Source: Oculina patagonica
Taxonomy: Eukaryota
Direction of reading: 5' to 3'
DNA length: 64,000 nt
Assembly: GCF_052425735.1 (NCBI RefSeq)
Contig: NC_135759.1
Span: 29,946,001-30,010,000 of the forward strand
In this document: positions 63,246 through 64,000 of the stretch, in pieces
Numbering within the stretch: position 1 is the first letter of the stretch
Layout: the number at the start of each line of letters is the position of its first letter
The notes under the pieces: generated by a model
Told to the model about the DNA's origin: nothing
The model's database searches: none
Seen by the model: the letters and a program-made list of their open reading frames with translations, nothing else
Program-made: the position numbers and the translations under genes

Positions 63246-64000
63246 GTATGTGTTTAGCATAACTAGAACCAGTCCTGAGAAAACATTATAATTACGATTT
63301 AACATTATGTATAACGCATAACTTAAATGGTACCATTCATGTTAATATAAAGCACATAACAGGTTAACAAAATACAAAAGGTTGGGTTGATTAATGGTTT
63401 TTACGAAATTGTTTTGGACACCGGTACGAGGGGAGGGCGTATCCTAACACCTTTCCCTACCTCACCCCCCGCCCCGCCCCCCCCCCCCCCCCCACTCCTT
63501 AAAACAAGTCACGAGTCATTACATGAAAACGTCAGTCTAACTTTCGGAAGGGCTCGTGATCAATGGTTGTAGTAACATTCTCACTGTACATATGTCCTCG
63601 TCTTACTATTTAAGTTGTGCTTTTAATGGAAAGTAACCACTTTTGTTACGGACGCATGGGTTTAATTAATGAACTTGTACCACAAAAATACTCACGCGCA
63701 ATCATTTTGGATGAATACTGTTAGATGCAAAGCTGTTTAGTTCTTGTTGATGTTGTTGCCGCTGCTGCTGCTGCTTGGTGGTGGTGCTGGTGCTCATGCT
63801 ACCGGTGGTGGTGCATTTATGTTTCACAGACATGTTAATACCTACAGCACTTTAATTGACGTTGCTACAAACATACACGTTTTATCATGCTTTTAACCAT
63901 TATGAGGTCTTTATCTTACTGATTGCACACGAAAGTTTCTGTGACGTCGACGGCTGACCAATAACCCAACGTTTTAACCGACAGTTTGTATCTATCTCTT

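Overview
AT-rich, intron-rich eukaryotic DNA. The repeat families and gene types suggest an anthozoan cnidarian, probably a stony coral (inference). The main content is a cluster of four 9-exon Cys-loop (pentameric) ligand-gated anion channel genes of the GABA-A/glycine receptor superfamily, arranged <-A B-> C-> <-D. Spans: A 4390-10746 (minus), B 16998-25880 (plus), C 26831-34339 (plus), D 39766-47746 (minus). I assembled all exons by hand from GT/AG sites and phases. B (406 aa), C (439 aa) and D (464 aa) are intact; A carries two apparent frameshifts. All four have the PAR anion filter but non-canonical agonist-binding residues, and B/C show exon-limited gene-conversion signatures. The right end holds a plus-strand gene for a probably secreted protein (glycine-rich domain plus vWA domain with degenerate MIDAS), preceded by two paralogous signal-peptide first exons; it probably runs off the window. 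Introns and intergenic DNA contain many SINEs, MITEs and nested elements. The most striking non-genic signal is a set of Crypton-like elements ending in long palindromes. Their mismatches are systematic CGAG/CGAG (tandem G.A) pairs capped by cGNAg triloops, so they should fold well on one DNA strand only, and two otherwise unrelated elements share an identical 15-bp apex. This suggests a single-stranded, attC-like tyrosine-recombinase substrate. There are three N gaps (6410-6539, 44800-44932, 46342-46499) and some low-quality-looking stretches. No database searches were run; family names come from motif recognition.
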